A stretch of 64,000 nt of DNA, taken from positions 62,001 through 126,000 of the forward strand of contig NIVC01001121.1 of assembly GCA_002269645.1 (NCBI GenBank), read 5' to 3'. This document shows, one piece after another, positions 63,068 through 64,000 of the stretch; within the stretch, counting starts at the first letter, position 1, and the number at the start of each line of letters is the position of its first letter. The notes under the pieces were generated by a model. The model saw only the letters and a program-made list of their open reading frames with translations. It was not told where the DNA came from and ran no database searches. Source of the DNA: Macrostomum lignano (taxonomy: Eukaryota). Position numbers and translations under genes: made by a program.

Positions 63068-63342
63068 CTACAGATAGACTTTGTAGATGTTGGTTCTCTC
63101 GCTGCCTTCGCCCTGACTGGCGGAGCGCATTGTGCCGGACTTGTCCAAGTCCAGGTTGTAGTCCAGACCGTCTCGGCTGTCAATCGACTGTTTCCAGCTG
63201 CTGCGCTTCATCAGAGCCGTTAAGCCGGCGCTAGACGATGGAGGCGAGTCGCTGCTGCCGGACGGCTGGCTGCCGGAGCCGGAGGCGCTGCCCTCCTCAC
63301 GCCAGCTGTCCGTCTGGTGGCTGCACAGCTCCAGGAACACCT
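63068..63342 (-). CDS. Probable terminal exon of an unidentified gene lying beyond the window
   Basis: Acceptor CTTCACAG|GTG, GC-rich Ser-rich frame VFLELCSHQ...NIYKVYL*. Confidence 0.5.
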
Positions 63343-64000
63343 GTGAAGTTTTGTGTATTGAACGTATTAAAAACAGTACGATTTTAGCAATATATGTAGC
63401 TTTGAACATTGTATACAGTCGATATTGTTAGTATCATAAGAATAATCAGCCCTCAAGGCAAGTTATCTAGCCTAAGATATCAGCATTCCCTGTAAGCTAA
63501 GGAAGGTATCAAATCCTCCATTTAAGCCATCGCTTAACCCCAACTGTCCATTTGACATCTACCTTTGGTTTGACCTATCAACAACTTCCAATTGACCCTT
63601 GGGAGCATTGACACCATTTAAGCGACCCTTCATAAATCTTAGCAATTCTCCCCCCCCCCAAGAATCACAGTGTAATACGAGTGTATAGCAACTCCCTCCG
63701 AGCCTTGTCGTCTCAGCGGTTAACGCGTATTTTTGGTGCCTTCTGTATGTTCTGTACCAGAGAACAAGTTTCATTATGCGATGCATGCATAGTCGGTCAG
63801 ATACTTTCACAGATGCGCGCACATCTGCCCTGACCTTTGTCATTGTCATTGTCAACAAAATTGCTCCAGTTCCAGGCCAACAACCCACGCGTGAGCCAAA
63901 ACAAATAATGGAGCTTGGGCACTAATTAACCCACGGAGCTACTGTCAGTAGTATGACCCAGTTTTTAGCTGATGCAAATCGTATTTCAAAGCGCACCTGT

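Overview
Eukaryotic (animal) genomic DNA. GC-rich exons, Ala/Gly-rich linkers and introns packed with minisatellites suggest the flatworm Macrostomum lignano or a relative (inference only). Genes reconstructed by GT-AG splice and phase logic: PCF11 (+, six exons, 5' exon outside the window), an intronless DEG/ENaC channel (+), a 6-exon OxlT/OFA-like MFS transporter (-), an NSD-family H3K36 methyltransferase (+, at least 7 exons), a 5-exon tetraspanin (+), an unassigned coding exon (+), a tail-to-tail inverted pair of divergent BIR-UBA-RING IAP-like genes, and the last exon of an unknown gene (-). Mobile DNA: a 5'-truncated, decayed CsRn1-like Ty3/gypsy element with its 3' LTR and PPT, two hAT-type MITEs with 8-bp TSDs, a Tc1-like MITE, a Harbinger-type MITE nested in a tRNA-derived SINE, a foldback element and an RTE-like LINE fragment. 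Over 25 tandem-repeat arrays account for most long ORFs in the supplied track, which are spurious. No clearly new multi-gene system was found. The best leads are the IAP inverted pair, gene-specific intronic repeat cores (splice-like TGACAG|GT in NSD, ETS-like ACTTCC in PCF11), AT-hooks in NSD and the cysteine-poor intronless ENaC.
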